From contig CM120640.1 of the NCBI GenBank assembly GCA_051362555.1, forward strand, positions 57,266,788 to 57,330,787: 64,000 nt of DNA. Reading direction: 5' to 3'. Origin of the DNA: Lingula anatina. Lineage: Eukaryota > Animalia > Brachiopoda. Within the stretch, counting starts at the first letter, position 1; each line of letters starts with the position of its first letter. The notes beneath the pieces are model-generated. The model did not search any database and was not told where the DNA came from. It was given only the letters and a program-made list of their open reading frames with translations. Below, piece by piece: positions 27,001 through 42,000 of this stretch. The translations under genes were made by a program, and so were the position numbers.

Positions 27001-30000
27001 TAGACCTATTCATGCTAGCACCATTAACTGGAGTTTGAGGAAGACTGGACCTGGGTCGGCCTTGCTTTCTCACATCTTGAGATGACATGTCCACCTCCTT
27101 CATCAGAATATCCTCACTGCCATCATGCATGCTAGGAGAGCTGGCAGACTTTTTGATTCTTAATGCTGTATTATCTTTATCGCAGCTCTCAGTCATACTC
27201 AGGGACTCTTTTTGTGGTTTTCGTCTGACATCATCTTTACTTGACTGGCTGCGAGGTCTGAAGGCACTTTCTACTGCTGCTGTGACAGTGTCACTGAAAC
27301 TGCTACCTGATGTGACTGCTTCTTGGGCTTGGTTTGTCACGTGATCCTTCTGTTCCACCACAGATTGCATCAGATTAGAAGAAAGATCTTTTGCTGAGTC
27401 ATTCTTGTCATCCAGAACCTGTACAGAGCTTCCACTGGTATTATCTGAGGTTGAGTGAGGGGGGTCAGCAGAAGCAGTCCTGTCAGGGGTTGGTTCCTTC
27501 AAGGAGATGACAGGATTGAAGGTCACTGGGCCGTTGTCTGTTCTCAACTTTGATGACAATGAAGTGGTGGCACTGTCCACACCACCTGGTACCAGGGTAG
27601 CATCAAGATCTGATGACTGAGCCTCCTTTGATAAGTCAGGTTCTGAGGTGCCTGAACGAGCCATGAAGACATCACTTATCTTTTTTTCTTCTCCTCTGGT
27701 AGGTGAATTGTCTCTGCTAATCTTGTCCAGCGCAGACTTAATGGCATTGGCATGGACCTCCAAAAATAGAGTGGCTTTGTCAACGACCAAGTAGTAGAAG
27801 TCCCCCTCTTTTAGCAGGTAGTAACCAGGGATGTTCATTCTCTCAAACTCCTAAAAATCAGAATATATCAGAATCAGAAAAGAAAAGGTTTTTAATAATT
27901 AGATTTATAGTATAAATTCTAAACAAGATATGAAGTAAAAACCATTCTTATGCTGACTGATTTTTGGTTCTGTTATTAATGCCTTAAAATTTGCTGAAAT
28001 CCCAATACAGAGAGAGTATGCATACCACCAAAGCTGCATTATTCTAAAGACTCATACCTCAATGAACTTCAAGCGACTCTGCTGTGGTCCATACACAAAC
28101 TGTAGAGGTACTTGCTCTGTGATACAGGACAGTTTCCCTTTGGATTCCTGGACATGTCTGGAGACCATCTCCAGTGTCTCTACAGTAGGCGGAGAAATAT
28201 GACATGCACCTGAGGCTATCTCATCTTTCAACAGCCACTCAATCTGAAGTTTGATGTTTTAACATAAAATCAGTTAACTTGAGACAAAGTTTTTTCCCTA
28301 ATTGATTGACTTAAAAAATAATATGCTGTTCAAATGAGATAGGTTGTGTTTGTATAGTTTTGCATGGATGAAAAAAATGGATGCTTTACATACTTTCTTC
28401 AATTGCATGCATGGTCACACAATTTCCAAGACGATTTTCTTATTATTTTATTATCCAACTGTCTATCACAATGTGTAAAATTCTGTCCTGTATACCTGTG
28501 CTTTGCATTCATTGACAGCTTGCTTCTGTACCACTGGGAGATTGGCCAATGGGTCGGCATTACGTCGAAAACTGAGAAATAAAAATTGTTCATCTAATGA
28601 TGTACAGCTCTCCTTGATCTAATAATACCATAATGTTAAGAATGCCCTTAATTTATTTTAAACTCCTACTCCTGCATATCATCTGCAAGCTAACTGCAGA
28701 TATTTATTGAGTCGTGTTTATTCAAAATGGGTTTGTTAGATTTAGATAACACATAACAGTTATATAAGCTGGCCTTTCACATTTAACCATTTTATAACAA
28801 CCACTGAAACATTGCAATTTTCAACCAATAAGTCTGGTTACTTTACACTTCACCACAAACTACAAAGCAACTATGGATGAGAGTGTAAAGCAGCCATTAC
28901 CCAGCTCTGGTAGGAGACTCGGGAGGAGCAATAGTTTTTTCAGAATCCACACTGTAACTAGTGCTGAAACCAGAGGAGACATGAATAGAAAAGAAGTAGA
29001 GAAGTGAACCCGTTTCAATAATGCCTTCTTACATTTTCAATAACCAAGGGAACTTTTGTAGGATGGTTATCCAAATCACCCTGTAGTAGCATTTGCTCAC
29101 GTTCCTAGTTTTTTTATATGAACATTTTTACAACTACTTCAGTTTCAACACAACCAAAGACTAATTCAAATACTTTTCACAATTATTACTACAAATCTTA
29201 CACATTCTTGAAACAGGGAAATTATATAACAAAAATGTGGCAAAGAAGTAGTTCAAAGCTTTGGGGTCAAAAGTCTAAGCTTTAAAGCCTGGGAGTTAAC
29301 ATGGAATGATTTAGTAGAGTTAAAACAATGGCACTAACATAATTCTGGATATAAGCAATTAACTCAGAAGCAAGCGAAGTAAAGCAAATGAAAATATTAA
29401 TTAAACAGAAGTTGTGCATACAGCACAGTCACAAAATCAGCTTTAGATTATTTATTTATTTATCTCTCAATTACGTAATTCACACAGATTAAATACCTCT
29501 TAGAGTTTTAAAAAAATCTGACATCTGTGTTCCCTTTTGATCCCATACTCACCCCACATCTGAGGCACTCATGGTCTCCTCTGTATTAGCAGGATCTCCC
29601 GGAGGGGAACTACTGTATGCGCTCCCAATGGAAAAGGCCCTATTAAAGTTGGGCTTAAACCTCTGTGTGGACAGATCAGTGTCCTGTGGAAGGGTCAAAC
29701 AGATGATGTCCAGGGTGACAGTCAGTTCACCTAAGTCAACATCTGGACCTTCATCTTCAAAACATTCACAGAATTCATCTGAAAATTAATTTTTTTAGAA
29801 ATGATTCTAAAAAAGCTGTTTTAAATTGTGTTGCAAAATGTTCCTTCCCAATCAAGTTGATAAATGAAGTCAAACTAGAAGTTCATGGAAAAAGGCATAT
29901 CAATGTAAAGGGTGTCAAAGGTGCCCCATTCATGTAGTGTCCAGGATACACCACTGTATATAAACAAACACTGAAGATCACTTGCTAACTACCATCTACT

Positions 30001-33000
30001 GAAATCTTATTACAAAATAGAGAAAGAGAGTAAACAGTACATGAAAAAATTAAAATATGACTTGGAATTAATCTATTTACTGAGTTTTGTAGGTACAAAT
30101 CATACAAACAACACTGATCTAAAGCAGATAAATACTGTAAAAAATATACGTAGAGCATATAGTATTAAAATACATACTCAAACAGGTGACAAGATTTCCT
30201 ACTGGCACAGAGTCAAATATGCTCTTTGTCTTCACAGTGCACGACAAGTGTAAGAACAGTGGTTGCACATCTTCATCATTGTCATCATCTTCCATGTTCA
30301 GGGACCCAATCTCATCACCAAGGAAGGAACTCATAGTCCCTGTGCGTATGGAGGTTGATGGTGAGTCTCCACCATAGATGGCAGCAGGGGAGAGAGGGGA
30401 CTGGGGAGGCTCATCTGCATCTGACCTGAAGATGTCATCCTCAGTTTCTTCTTTCTCCAGGTCTGGAAATATTAGAACATGGCAGAGCTTTTGGGTCAAG
30501 TTGTAAGTACTCTAAAAGTAATATTAATATTTCTATTAACAAATATCAAGGGTGCACACTAAGTTTTAACTTTATTGTAAATTGCAGAATTACCCCACAT
30601 AAAAGTTATCCAACGCAATGTATTGAATTAAAATATTTTGCAACAACTAGGATATGTTTTGGCTTAGGTCATAGTCTTTGACATACAAATCTTACTTACC
30701 CTCACAGAATGGATCTTTTTCCTCTTCTGTTTCTGTATTTCCCTACATATTTAACAAATTAACTGTTACAATTATATATTTTCTGAGTATAAGTGATCTT
30801 TGTATATAAAATTAAAACAAATTAAAATCAAATTTTTTTTCAATAGGATAAAATGTGTTTTAATTGAAAAAACTTGTCTCACATGCTGACTTACAGAGGG
30901 ACGTCTGGGCAAGAGTGGAGGCCTGTAATAGAAGTAATCTGGACAGGAAGAGACAGATCTGAAATTTTTGGCCAAGATATCTGCAAATTTCTTTTTGATC
31001 TGCTTATGCAGTCCTTTCACCAACTCTGTACACCTGCAGGTCAGCTTTGAAACTGGAAACTTGATGTGAGCCCTGGAGGGCTGGAAGTATCTGTTGGAGT
31101 TCGGGTTGGACATGGTGACACCAGAATCTCTGAAAACAAAATGACACATCTTTTTGTTGATCAATGGCAATAACAGTCAGATAAAATTGTGACCAAATAC
31201 TGAGGGCAATGCCACTGCTGTAAGCAGCAAGAAGCAAACAGGTATTTTACTTATAGGGGTCAAAATACAGGTGGCACTTATGTATAATACAAAGAGGGGG
31301 AAATAGTAAGACTCAATTCAAATATTCCACATATAGAACCTGATCTTTAAAAAATAACAAAGGCCTAATAAAAAAATCTTTGTAACATTCATCAAAATAT
31401 ATGCATGCTCTCTTCCACAAAATGCTGTGCATGCGTGTGTGCATACCCTGACAATGTGCTCTTTATCTCTTCCTCCACATCACCAAGTTCTCTGGCAAAT
31501 ATGACATGGCTCTTAGGCACTGCTATCTCCAGGTCCTTCTTCATACACTGCTCTTTATTGTGCCTCTCTATCACCTTCTGAATGTGACCACATACTGTTT
31601 GCAAGTACCTGAACAATGCAGAAAATAAAACCTAATGTTTTAGATATCAAGTACCAAATAACCACATAGTTTTACTGACAAGTCTCTCATAATTTTGTAC
31701 TCAGGAAGGTGGTATTTCATAAAAGTACAAAATCTAAATATAGTCCATAAAATAACAAACCTAATGAAACAAGCTATAACAGCACACACAACTTCAGTAA
31801 GAATAAATTTTGTGGATAATAATTCCTACCTTGTGATGTCAATCTGCAGAGGTACGCTCTCTTGGCATATGCTACTGATAGCAGACTCAGTGTCCATTCC
31901 ACTTACTTCCTGTCCTTGCTGGAGACTCTTGTAAACCCCTTGTGAAAATATGTCATCAAAATATTTTATTTGGTACACTTACAGCTATTAAATATATTAC
32001 TCTATTCCTTAAAAAATCTTTTCATTTTAAAATTATAAAAAGATCATCATGTATCAATTAAACAAAATTTAAGTTGTCACAAAGAGGTCTAAAACATCAC
32101 TACTGAAGAATACATTCTAATTCATGTCTGTCTTTCAAAAAAAAAAAAAAAAAAAAAAAAAAAAACATACCTGTGACAAAGCTCTTGTAGTAGGCATCAC
32201 ACATCATGTTACAGTGGTTCCTCAGTTCCTCTGCCCCAGTGAATATCTCAGTTGACCGCCTGTCAAATGACACGTGCAACTTATCTTTGACTGGACTGGT
32301 CAATGTGTCCTGGCGGCTTCTTGACCCCTCTTCTTCCCCACGGTTGACAACAGTGTCCTGGGACCCCTCACGTGTTGCGTGGGGCTCCATGACATCTTCC
32401 TCCATGTCCCATGAAGTAAATGTCATATCCTGGAAGATGTCCTGAGGTTCCATGTAGCTCCACTTAGAGACCAGCTGCTCCGTCAGGCTGGACATGGAGC
32501 ACTGGTAGATATACATTGGAAGAGTCAGAGACTTTTTACTTGTGAAGTATGAATCTTTCTTGTATTCTCTTTGTTCATTTCCATTCAGATCTTTCTCATT
32601 GGAAGCATCTTTCTCTGAAGTTAATCCTGTATCAGGGATGTCTGCAAAACTTTCATTGATGACATCTGTTTCTGAAGACTTTTCCCAGCACTGTGTCTGT
32701 TCTGGGTTTTCAATAACATCTGTCTGAGACTCTTCCTCATGAATTTTATTTCTTCTCACAGCATCTTCCATTTCTCTGTCCATTGAACTCTCCTCCCCAC
32801 TGCTACTAGAGGGTGCAAGTGATATTAAATCCAGGTATGTTGCTGGGATGAAAGTGACAATAACGCAACCCTGTCCCACCGTTTTAACATAGCAGTTCCA
32901 CCTGGGTACCCTGTGTTGGCCACACCCACTCCTGCTCTCCTGTCCATGAGATTCCTCTGTCTGTCGTCCCTGCACAGCTGTGACACTATGCTGTGAGATG

Positions 33001-36000
33001 GTCTTGTCTGTGCATGAAGACAATATACTCCGAGAAACTATCTCCCTCAGGTCCAACTCCTTCTCAGGTGTGGATTCATGAGTGATGTTGGCTGTTGTAA
33101 AAGGATATGGTTGCTCCTGTACATCCCGTGTTCTCTTTTGTATAAGCTGAACAAAGGTACCACATTCTGCCATGTTCATCTCCACCTCCCTGTCATGCAA
33201 GTCTTTCAGCTGTTCTGACAGGAGCTGGAAGAGGATGGCGTTTGGAGACTGGGCTGGACTGCCCTGGGGCTGGGTGGGGGTGCCAGGCTCTGACATTGGG
33301 TCATTTTGAGCAAAATTTGTAGATTCTGAAAGTTCATCAGATTTAAAATTTAAATTGTAGACATACTGACAACATGTATATTATATATAATTCAAATTCC
33401 ACTCTGGGTGGCACTGGACTTGATAACTGACTTAGAAGACAGAAATTGACTGCAGTCTGCCTGACATTAAAAAAAAACATTTGGAGACAAAATAAGAATA
33501 GTGATATCTGTCCTATATAAAAAATTAATAAATATTTGCTAAATTTAACAAAGTGAACATGCCAGAACATACCTTCAATAAAAGTTGAAAACAAGATTTC
33601 CACTTGCTGACATTTTGGCAAAAGTTTCATCAAGTCAAAAGGAAAAGGAATACAATGGATGGCAGACTCTGATGTCCCTCTCTGCTGACTGGACTCTTCA
33701 GAGTACACAGGACACCTAGAGAAAAGACAAAACACACATGAAAAACATATTTAACAAATGACAGTCTCTGCATTTGTAAATTTGCTTTAAAATTCTTCAA
33801 AAATATTGCCACAATATTATAATTTTCTCTACCATAACAAAATACAAACATATTTCATTGAAGTTGTACGAACTTGATTAGTGCCAAATATTACACAATT
33901 GCAAAGGATCTAAGGCCTTTTCATTTCCCAAAATTCCAATTGTTCAAAATTTCTTTTCTTTTCCAAATAAATTGGATACTTTTGTGATTGATCTTACCAC
34001 TTTTCAGTGGCAGGAGCCAGTACTCGTACAGGTTCTTGGCACATGTTGATCAGGTGTTCCAATGTCAGCATGGTAGATATACATTCTTCATCAACAGGGA
34101 ACAGCTAAAAAAATCATATACTGTTATAAAATTGATGTTAAAAGTTAAAAATTTACATGTGAACTACTTCAAGTGCTCAAATTTTAAAAACCACAACCAG
34201 TGTTCGAAATTAATGCTGGACCGTCTGCCTGGGGCAGATAACTTTCAGAACGGGCCAAGAATTTTTCCTACCCATCAGACATTCAGTCCAGCTACTTTTC
34301 AAGATGGCTGGACCTTCGGTTCAAGCATATAATTTTCCTAAGTGGCATATACTGACCACATCTCAAATTGTCATAAATAAAATGTGTATTAAATTTATTG
34401 CTGTGTACTGAATTTACAGCATCAGTGCCCTCTACACTGTACTCTTTGCACAGTTGGCAAAATTTCAAAGATGCAAAGAACTATGAATCTAATCTGGAGA
34501 TTATACATAGGTGGATACTGTCCAGTGCTGTTTTAGGGAAGATGTGGAGGTCTGGGTAACAGCACTGGTTTTATTATCAAAAATATAAATAAATAGACAT
34601 AACCCCTGGTGTATTCTGTGCACCGTGTGATTTGCAGGAATATTTGACATGTCTGGAATATTTCATTTAGTGTCAGTATATTCAGGCATAAATAACAAAA
34701 AATCAATGATTATCTCCAAGAAAAAATATAATGTGCAGATTTAGTCATTTCTTGAGATTGGAGTATGATAAAAACCTCTCAAGTACTAGAACAACACACC
34801 TATGGTACATAAAATATTTTCATATGAATAAGGATGACAAGCTACTAAAGAAATCTTTCTCATAGAATAAAGCAGTAAGTCCTTTCTTATCATTTTCTTT
34901 AAACAGAGTATAAACAGATTTGCTTTTTTTGTCTCATTTCTCAGAATGAATATGAGTAAACAGAAAATAAGATACTTAAACAAGGTCAAGTTAATATTTT
35001 AACGAGAGTCTTTTCATCACCCAGAAGAACCAAAATGTTTATGATTACACCAGTAAAATGAACACTAATTTTGGTCCAAGTGCCAAGGTTGCCATCTCTC
35101 TGAATCAACAAACACAGGCATCATCTGGAGGTTACTGTTGACACTGCTTCATTTATCAGTGAGTTGTGTCACATCAAACATTGTCACATCTCATCCTCCT
35201 ATCTCCTGCACTAGTAACCCTGACAGCAAGAACATTTGGTACCCGGCAGATGTGGCTGCCTGTGCCCAGAGAGAAGTGTACCCTAGAACCATTCTTTTTT
35301 TACATTTATTTTGTATGTTAACACAATGTGTCAGGTGGAATAGTTTTTAATTTGAGATGTAAGAATCAGTGGCAATAACTTTTAAGTTAATCATGGGGAT
35401 GGAGAATGGGAGGATGAAAACAGACTGACTAAAATAATTGCCTTTAAGTTACTTTAAAGGGATAATAACTCTTCATATGAGATTTATATTTCACAATAAA
35501 AACATTGTGAATAACTCACAGAAATATAATATATTCTGTTTTACCACAAAAACGGCAGTTATAGCTATTATTCTGATATCTAAGCTGGTCTTCAGACCAC
35601 GTGACCTCCAATGATGGCTATACTCTGTTATAATCTCTTAAGAGATTTTAACAAAAAACCAAACTTTTCAGAAAAAAAACAGGGACTTACTTTGAATGTA
35701 AAAATGGATTCATTAACCATTGGTATAAGTATGGGAAAAGTGTTGTTTACTCCAGGAAAATTCATCTTTGGCCAAAACGAAGAGTTATTATCCCTTTAAG
35801 TCTGGGAGGTAAGAAGGGATGGAATCACACCATATGCTACAGATGTGTGCATATGTTTTTGATATATAATTAAAAAGAGGTGTACATATATGTATTAAAT
35901 TATTCAATGATAAATTGACCTCTCATACTATAGTTTTCAACACAATAGAGACCCAGATAATTTGCAATTATTTCACAAAGTTTTTACTGATAATGTAAGT

Positions 36001-39000
36001 CAAATAAAGCAGTTTTGCATTTGCATGCATGCTGTTTGTAGCTTTTAAAAGGCAGTTAGGTACTATATTAAATGTTCAATTAGAGATGTAAAAAAGAAAA
36101 TTTAAGTAGATTTATGGATTTAAAAATTCAAGAAGTCATCAGGGAAAGTAGTAGTGGTAGTGGTAGTAGTAGACATGGCATCTAATTGTTTTCAACATGC
36201 ATGTTTGGCCATTTTCACATCACATTAACTCCTCCATACAGGAGAGAAATATTCAAGACTATTTTCAAATTTTATTGAAGATGCATAATGAAGGATTTGT
36301 TTATAATTATTTATAATTTGAACAGAATGTTTTTTGTGCAAATAGAGTCCAGCCAAGATCACAAACAGATTTTAAAGGAAGTTGTGTTGTCTCAACTACA
36401 ACAGTCAACACTGATGCAGTGCTTGCTCTTCCTACAGCAATAAACACCATCTTAACATGCCCAATATGAGTACGGTAATTATACGACTTAATTTATACAC
36501 GAATAGGTCAAGCATTTTATTTTGTTCTTAATTTTAATATAAATGTATTCACTACACAGATTTAGTATTTATTTTCTCTTTTTTTTTTTTTTTTTGTAAA
36601 ACATTTTAAAATAATTTTATTAATAAACTTGAAAAAGTGGACCACTTAATGAAGCAGGAACTCAGACAAAAACATGATGATAACATTTTTATATTTCTTT
36701 ATTGTGAAACATTTAAATAAAAATGTACAAAATTTGATGAAATTGTTTGAAATCGAGCCAAACTTGATATATGGTGGCACATGACACACTGAACTTGTAA
36801 ATGCCCATTTTGTGATATGGACTTTGTAAGAAGACCCCTCAGCCATGAATCTGGAGTTGCATAATATCTTGTCCTTCATATTGTTGTCTATGATCTGTCC
36901 TTGTCTGCCCTTTGCTTTATGACAGATGGTGTAAAAATCATCGTCCGTGTTAGTATTGCCACCTGTTGAGTTTTCAATGCATGGGCAGTTGGAGGAGTTG
37001 AATCTCACCTGCCTTGTGAAACGATGAGATAAAACTTCTCCACTGCTTCAGCACCAACTAGAAATCCCATCCTCCCTTGCACTATCCTAGGTATGTCCTC
37101 ATCAGTGATTTTTTCAAGGAAATCAAGAATTTCTATCTACCTATGACATTCCGTCAGTCTTTTTCCTTATCTCTATGAATAAATTGGAAAAAATAAAACT
37201 ATAAATCAATCACCTGATGCACAAAGGAGAATTAAACTCTACAGTAGAACACCATCCTGCAGAATAATTACAACAGTGGACCAGCTTCAGTATATCACAT
37301 GCTCTTGACTTGACTCAAGTATTTGTACCAGTCAGGTGTAAAGACTGGTATCCAGGATGCAAAGCAGAAAATCCCCATAAATCTTTCCTAACCATCATCT
37401 CTAGTTTTTTTTTTATCAACCTTCCTGGCATAACGGACATAATTCCTCAGCTGACCTCACTGAAGGGAACTTAAAAAGGATCTGGAGCTTTTTCACTTTG
37501 CATTATCAACCGCGCCTTATCTAAAATTAATCCTGAAAAATCAGTTATGGCATCACGCTCCTCCTCCGAACTGTTGACTTTTCAGTTAGCTCTATTTGAG
37601 CAAGGTCTGAAGTTAAGCAATGGAGAGATCAAATCCCATGACTGACAGACACAAGTTAAGGCCATGGAAATAATCATAGAACAGACAGTGCATAAAGCAC
37701 ACTATAACCACAGAAAACATAACCTCATTGGTAATTAAGGATTATCACAACTGCATACCTCCATCTAAAGCTAAGTAGATGATCCATTATCACTAAAGTT
37801 TGTCAGACGGCAAAAGTCTTCAATGGAGTAAAGTATTAATGCAAATATTGACTGGTAAATCACAAAAGCAACCACTAAAATTCCCTTCATATGCAAGTGC
37901 ATGTGAAATTAGATCTACCAGCAGACTCAAGTCTCCACAAAACACTGCTCTATTGCTAACACTTTCCACACTTCACAGCTTCCTCATCAACTCCACTTCT
38001 TTATGCTGGAATGCCAGACTATAGTCAGTTCTGTTAGAAATCAATAAATGGAGACATTTGCTATCAGGTTATTTTATAAATTTTGAACATATCATTAAGT
38101 CAACAAACAGTCTGGTGACAACTGCTATCAGCAATATCAGTGTGACAAGATCACGCGGCAACATCACACACAGGACGCACGGTCAATAATCAATACTGCT
38201 AAAAAGCGATATCAGCCCCTTTAGCTTGACTGCCTGCATGTGCAACGTCAAAGACAGCAAAAAAATCATGCTATCCTTTCCAAAGACATGGATGGAAAAT
38301 ATGCTCTGAATTAAGATCCTTTCTTTAATTCTTTCTTTTTTCCCTTTTTTAATAAACATCTTACCCTACTATTATCTTTAAAATGTCTCATTTTGGCCAT
38401 CATGCTTAATATTTGAAATGCTTCAAAAAGAAAGTTACTATAATTTAACAACCAGCCTGTCTTATGACAGCATAAACACACTGACAATGTGTCTCCAATT
38501 TTCTACCCTCCCCCAGAAAATGAGGTGACAGCCAGTTCTGCTTGGTAAACATGGCAAACTCCCTGTCCAATGTAATGTACAAACAAAGGGTTTCCTTTGC
38601 TCTCCATGATTAATCAGGATTTTTCTGAAACCACACAAATGTGGCATGGCCTTTATCAACCTACCCACTAGAGATGCAGGCTGACCAAGCTACTTACTAT
38701 TTGAAAGTTGGATTCATAAGGTATAATGTAGTTTCCTCTAAAATTACTGCTGATCCCCTCAGACAGCTACATTTAATCAACATTTTTCTGACGCTTTTAA
38801 AATTTCAAGCTGTTGAAGTATTTGAATGACTGTTCAAGAAATGCATAATGAATAAATGTTTCATATCTTCAATTCAAGAGCTATTTTTAAACAATTTCAA
38901 AATTTTCTTATGAAAAACAGATATTATCCATAGAACAACATTTTGCAAAAAAAAATCATCTGACAATATCATTGTTCACTAGTGCCAACACAGCATCAAC

Positions 39001-42000
39001 TTACAGCACACAAAAAAAAAACTCATAACTACAAAGCTCAGCAAAAATAATATCTTTCTTCAAAGCTATAGTTACTAATAAGATCCTTACAAAAAAGTAC
39101 CCTGCAATAAAAGTGCCAACAAGACTAACAGGTAAACTTTCACAGGACTGAACAAAATGCACACAAATCTTACTAAGAAGACCTCCCTTTGGAATCTATG
39201 AATGTTTCATGGCACAGCTCTAAATTCCTGAAGAGTTCCCCTTTGTGTTACTAAATTAGCTGTAACCTTGCAAAGGCATGTCCATGAGAAACTGACACTA
39301 CAGACCAATTCTCCCAGGGCAGTTATCAGCAAACAAAAGAAATGCACTTGTGTCCATTTTTACCAAATACTACCCAAAGTATTTTAAATAATAAAAAAAA
39401 AACATTCAAATGTCAAAATTCCAAAATTATCAACTAGTAACAACTGCAAAAACCACACTTTAAACTAAGGCTGATATACGTAACTACCTTTGGTGAATTT
39501 CCAATGTATTGCATACCATAACTGAATCTGACCAAATCCAAATATTAGCAACACTTTTACAAACCTGAAAGAAGATACATTTGAATGTTGTTAACTGTGA
39601 CTCCAACCTGAGCTGGAAGAGTTAGATCTGGCACCAAGCTTACATATAACTGTCAGCCCTAATCTTCCAACTCAACTAGGAGCACCTAATAGTTCAAATG
39701 CATCCCCCATCTTCTTCCTTCCTGCATCTCTTCACATCTAACATGAGCATGGTGTTGCCCACGTACAATCAGCATGTCATATAAGCACTGATATCTCATC
39801 CTTTTCTTACTGGTTCTTGACAATCTTGTGCAAAAAATAATCTGACTAATCACAGACCTTCTTCTAATAAGCCAATGAAAATGCACAGTCTTTACCTTCT
39901 CCATCTTATCCCCACTTCCTAGAATATATCTCATACATTTCCTAGGATTGCAAGGAAAAGTGTGCCCAAGCAAGCACCTACTACAACCTGCACTTACTAT
40001 GAACTCATGATCTGAAAACCCATGACAAATTTAATTGAATTAGCCAGTGCTTGTACTAATTGGCATCAATGGATCATGAGATCAGACTACATAGTCATGT
40101 GATTTAACAAATTCTTGCTTTATAAACTACACCAAATCTTAAAAACTCTATAATCAATACACATGACCAAACAATGACTGATTTTTAACTAATTTTGCTA
40201 TCAACTATGATAGAAGAACAATTGTTTCGACCAACTTTTGTAGCAATAAAGCAAGAGCTTACGTGCGACCCATTTTTCAACTTTAAGTTACATTATATCT
40301 TCCTGAAGTGGAAGTATTCAGTACCAATGCAGGTTGAATCGACACCAAACACAAAAGACATGGATGTGCCCACGATCAAGTTCTGCCGCATAACAATAAC
40401 AGACCTTAATATAAATGGATCCTGTAACAATACTGTGCATTGAGGCTAAATATCTGTCTAGCTGAGCAACTTCAATATCTCCCTGCCTCATATGAAGAAG
40501 CACATAATACAAGGAACCATGTCTATCCCAGCCTTTACCTAAACTACAAATCATTACCATTTGTATAACATAAAGTTTGCACTAACATGTAATTTACACA
40601 AAAGATGTTTGAATTTCTCCTTCAGCCTGACTTCCTCCCCACTTGTGCACATTACTCTAAAACCTTATAGTCATAAAGTTTTGCTTTCTGCTGCCTGTTT
40701 TCCTTTCACAGTTTGTTTGCTTGGAGCTCAACACATCCAGGATACTGTTAAGTGTATGTATGTGTGCAGACACACCCGCAACTGTAAGTATGTGCACGTA
40801 TGCCACCAGGTTTGCCGTTACCACCACCTCCCCTCACTGCTGCCATCTCTCTGGATCCTCCTGTCCTACTGGAATGGCAACGTGTCAATTCTCTAGTTAC
40901 CTGGGATCTAAGTAACAAGGCATACATATAGCTTAGGGGAGACAGGTAGTTCATGTAACACAACTTCTCCCAGCAACAGCATTTATAGCAAGACATATAG
41001 ACTTGAACCAGGAACTAAATGCCACCACAATGACTAAATTCCTATATAGGAAATTTTCTATTAAAAATCGCATTTTTTGAAAAAGGAAAAAAAAAGTACA
41101 ACCCATCAGCAGATTTAACTATGAGGCAGACTGCATGGTGGATCGGCCCACTAAAACCCATGACACCAGTTCAAAGTCGACAGATGAGATAAGTTTTGTG
41201 CCTATCAGCTGAAGTCCTATCGCACTTGGTGGGGGAATAAACTAGTGGCAGAGCAAACACCACTATCACTATACACCTTTACTGAGGAGAGGTCATGCCT
41301 TGCCTTATGAATCCACTTTATAACTTACCGATCTGCAACAGTTCTTATGAATGAATTGTCAGTTTTCTGAATGACCCCAAATGCACCATTGGTGAAACAT
41401 TTCATGATAAAGAACTGCTACCTGTATACTTTACCCAAGTTCTCATCATTCTACATTGGTCAATGCATCAACTAAAGTAATACTGAGAGAGAAGCTAATA
41501 GCATATATTAAAAGTGGATTGATAAGTTATCATGTGACAAAAAGAAAATCAATGACCAGTGTGAATTAAAAAAGAAAACGAATAGGGCTATTTTCATCTG
41601 ACAAATGTGCATTTTACTTTTTCCCTTCAATAAATGTACATAAAAAGTTAAATGGATTAGATCTCGGGATCAATCATTATTTCAGTAACAATACATACAT
41701 TTACTCCTATATTGAACTGATATTATTAGGCAGTACCTAAATTACAAGATTATATAGGATACTGCAGCATTAAAACCACCTTTCACTTTGGAAACTTGTT
41801 CGGAAGATTTTGGGACACTGATAAATAATCAAATTCAATGCAAGCTATTAAAGATATTTAATATGCCTGTCACATGTTTTTCTATAGCCTGTCTGGCAAT
41901 TTTGTGACATAGATGAATTAATCAATTTACTGATATCTTGTTTCAATACCCTGGGTATAAAAAGAAACTTTGGATATATTTGTCAAGTTCTTCAAGCAAC

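Noticed and set aside
36646-37008. 120-aa ORF in the large intron
   Set aside because: No recognisable motif, it runs into AT-rich sequence, and the flanking SZT2 exons join in frame without it.
38460-40920. Apparent multi-exon nested pseudogene on - with an HUH-like motif ([11 protein letters not shown]), suggesting a Rep endonuclease or viral gene
   Set aside because: Most of the span is better explained by colinear LINE and Ngaro RT motifs on +. The - frames have many stops and no convincing catalytic-Tyr or Walker A motif. The motif itself (~40330-40390) lies between the two remnants and has no further support.
41120-41185. tRNA- or SINE-like segment
   Set aside because: No cloverleaf or proper A/B boxes, and it lies within the Ngaro-like RT remnant.
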